NCBI GenBank assembly: GCA_022979955.1
Contig: GCA_022979955.1_3642.1
Source of the DNA: a phage
DNA length: 64,000 nt
Direction: 5' to 3' (one strand)
Numbering within the stretch: position 1 is the first letter of the stretch; each line of letters starts with the position of its first letter. The position numbers were made by a program, and so were the translations under genes. This document shows, piece by piece, positions 63,300 through 64,000 of this stretch. The notes beneath the pieces were generated by a model. That model was not told the origin of the DNA, made no database searches, and was given only the letters and a program-made list of their open reading frames with translations.

Positions 63300-64000
63300 T
63301 CAGCAACCACAACTTCCGTAGTGCTTAACTCGCTCGATAACTTCCGCTTGCTTACCTTTATTGTAAGGACGGGAGTTAGGACTGGAAAGATATCCAGACA
63401 CTCTTCGGATCACTGAGATATATTGTTCATCGTGGCATCCACACGCAGGGCAGCAGAACCCTTTAGCTGTTGCACTGAACTCACCAGAGAAACCGCACTT
63501 AAGACATTTATCCACAGGCTGGTTAATACCAAAATACATAATGTGTTTATATCCGAAATCAACAAGAGCTTCCAAAGCATCTAAGTTGTTTTTCAGATTT
63601 GGTGTCTCTATGTACCCAATGTTGCCACCAGAGGAGATCATAGCAAAACCTTCCTCATACTTCCACTTATCAAAAGGCGAGCTATTTATCCATACTGGCT
63701 GATGGAAACTGTTGGTGAGATATTCATGCTCATGCTTCAACACTTCAGGATATTCACGATCCAGACAGGTTGCAGCTTTATAGCATAGACTCTCAGAAGG
63801 GGTGCCGTACAAGCTAAACGCTAGTCTACTTTCCTTCTTGTATCGCTCACAAGCATCTCTCATGTGCTGAAGGATTCCAAGAGCTAAAGCCTTGTCACCC
63901 TCTCTGCCCAAAATCTGACAGGTTTCATACACACCAATATACCCAATACTGATGGAAGCGTACCCGTCATAGAAGAGTTTATCAATACTCTCTTCAGGAT
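63300..64000 (-). CDS. nrdD: anaerobic ribonucleoside-triphosphate reductase, C-terminal part (5' end beyond window)
   Basis: Zinc-ribbon CLKCG...CPACG and glycyl-radical-type motif RRVSGYL near C-terminus; reading frame open to the window edge. Confidence 0.8.
   Translation of the reverse strand, partial: PEESIDKLFYDGYASISIGYIGVYETCQILGREGDKALALGILQHMRDACERYKKESRLAFSLYGTPSESLCYKAATCLDREYPEVLKHEHEYLTNSFHQPVWINSSPFDKWKYEEGFAMISSGGNIGYIETPNLKNNLDALEALVDFGYKHIMYFGINQPVDKCLKCGFSGEFSATAKGFCCPACGCHDEQYISVIRRVSGYLSSPNSRPYNKGKQAEVIERVKHYGSCGC

Noticed and set aside
1-64000. Integrated prophage or mobile island borders (integrase, transposase, att sites)
   Set aside because: No integrase, recombinase or transposase motifs were seen; gene content is that of a lytic phage replication and host-takeover region.

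Overview
The window reads as a segment of a large virulent dsDNA bacteriophage genome with sigma70-type promoters and AGGAG-type ribosome-binding sites, so a Gram-negative host is likely. All identifications rest on motifs read by eye; no database or folding tool was run. Layout: (1) 1-6.8 kb, a minus-strand block including a HAD-like phosphatase and a vWA/HExxH protein. (2) 6.85-6.92 kb, a divergent promoter pair. (3) 6.9-33.7 kb, a plus-strand block with a MoxR-like AAA+ ATPase, a secreted SleB-like hydrolase, rIIA/rIIB-like genes, a Dda-like helicase, two DNA methyltransferases, an HNH-AP2 endonuclease, a TOPRIM primase-helicase, a family A DNA polymerase, an SSB-like protein and a macro-domain protein. 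(4) 33.7-34.7 kb, an iteron-rich non-coding region. (5) 34.7-45.0 kb, an array of about 30 small genes, most with their own promoter and a stereotyped leader hairpin. (6) 45.1-47.6 kb, an ORF-free, repeat-rich region. (7) 47.6-64 kb, a minus-strand block with tandem small paralogs, hpf, a Dam-like methyltransferase, a ClpP-like protease, phoH, nrdG and a partial nrdD. The most notable candidate is that the DNA polymerase gene is split at catalytic motif C by a 336-nt ORF-less insert with group I intron core elements. No CRISPR array, tRNA, integrase or transposase was recognised.
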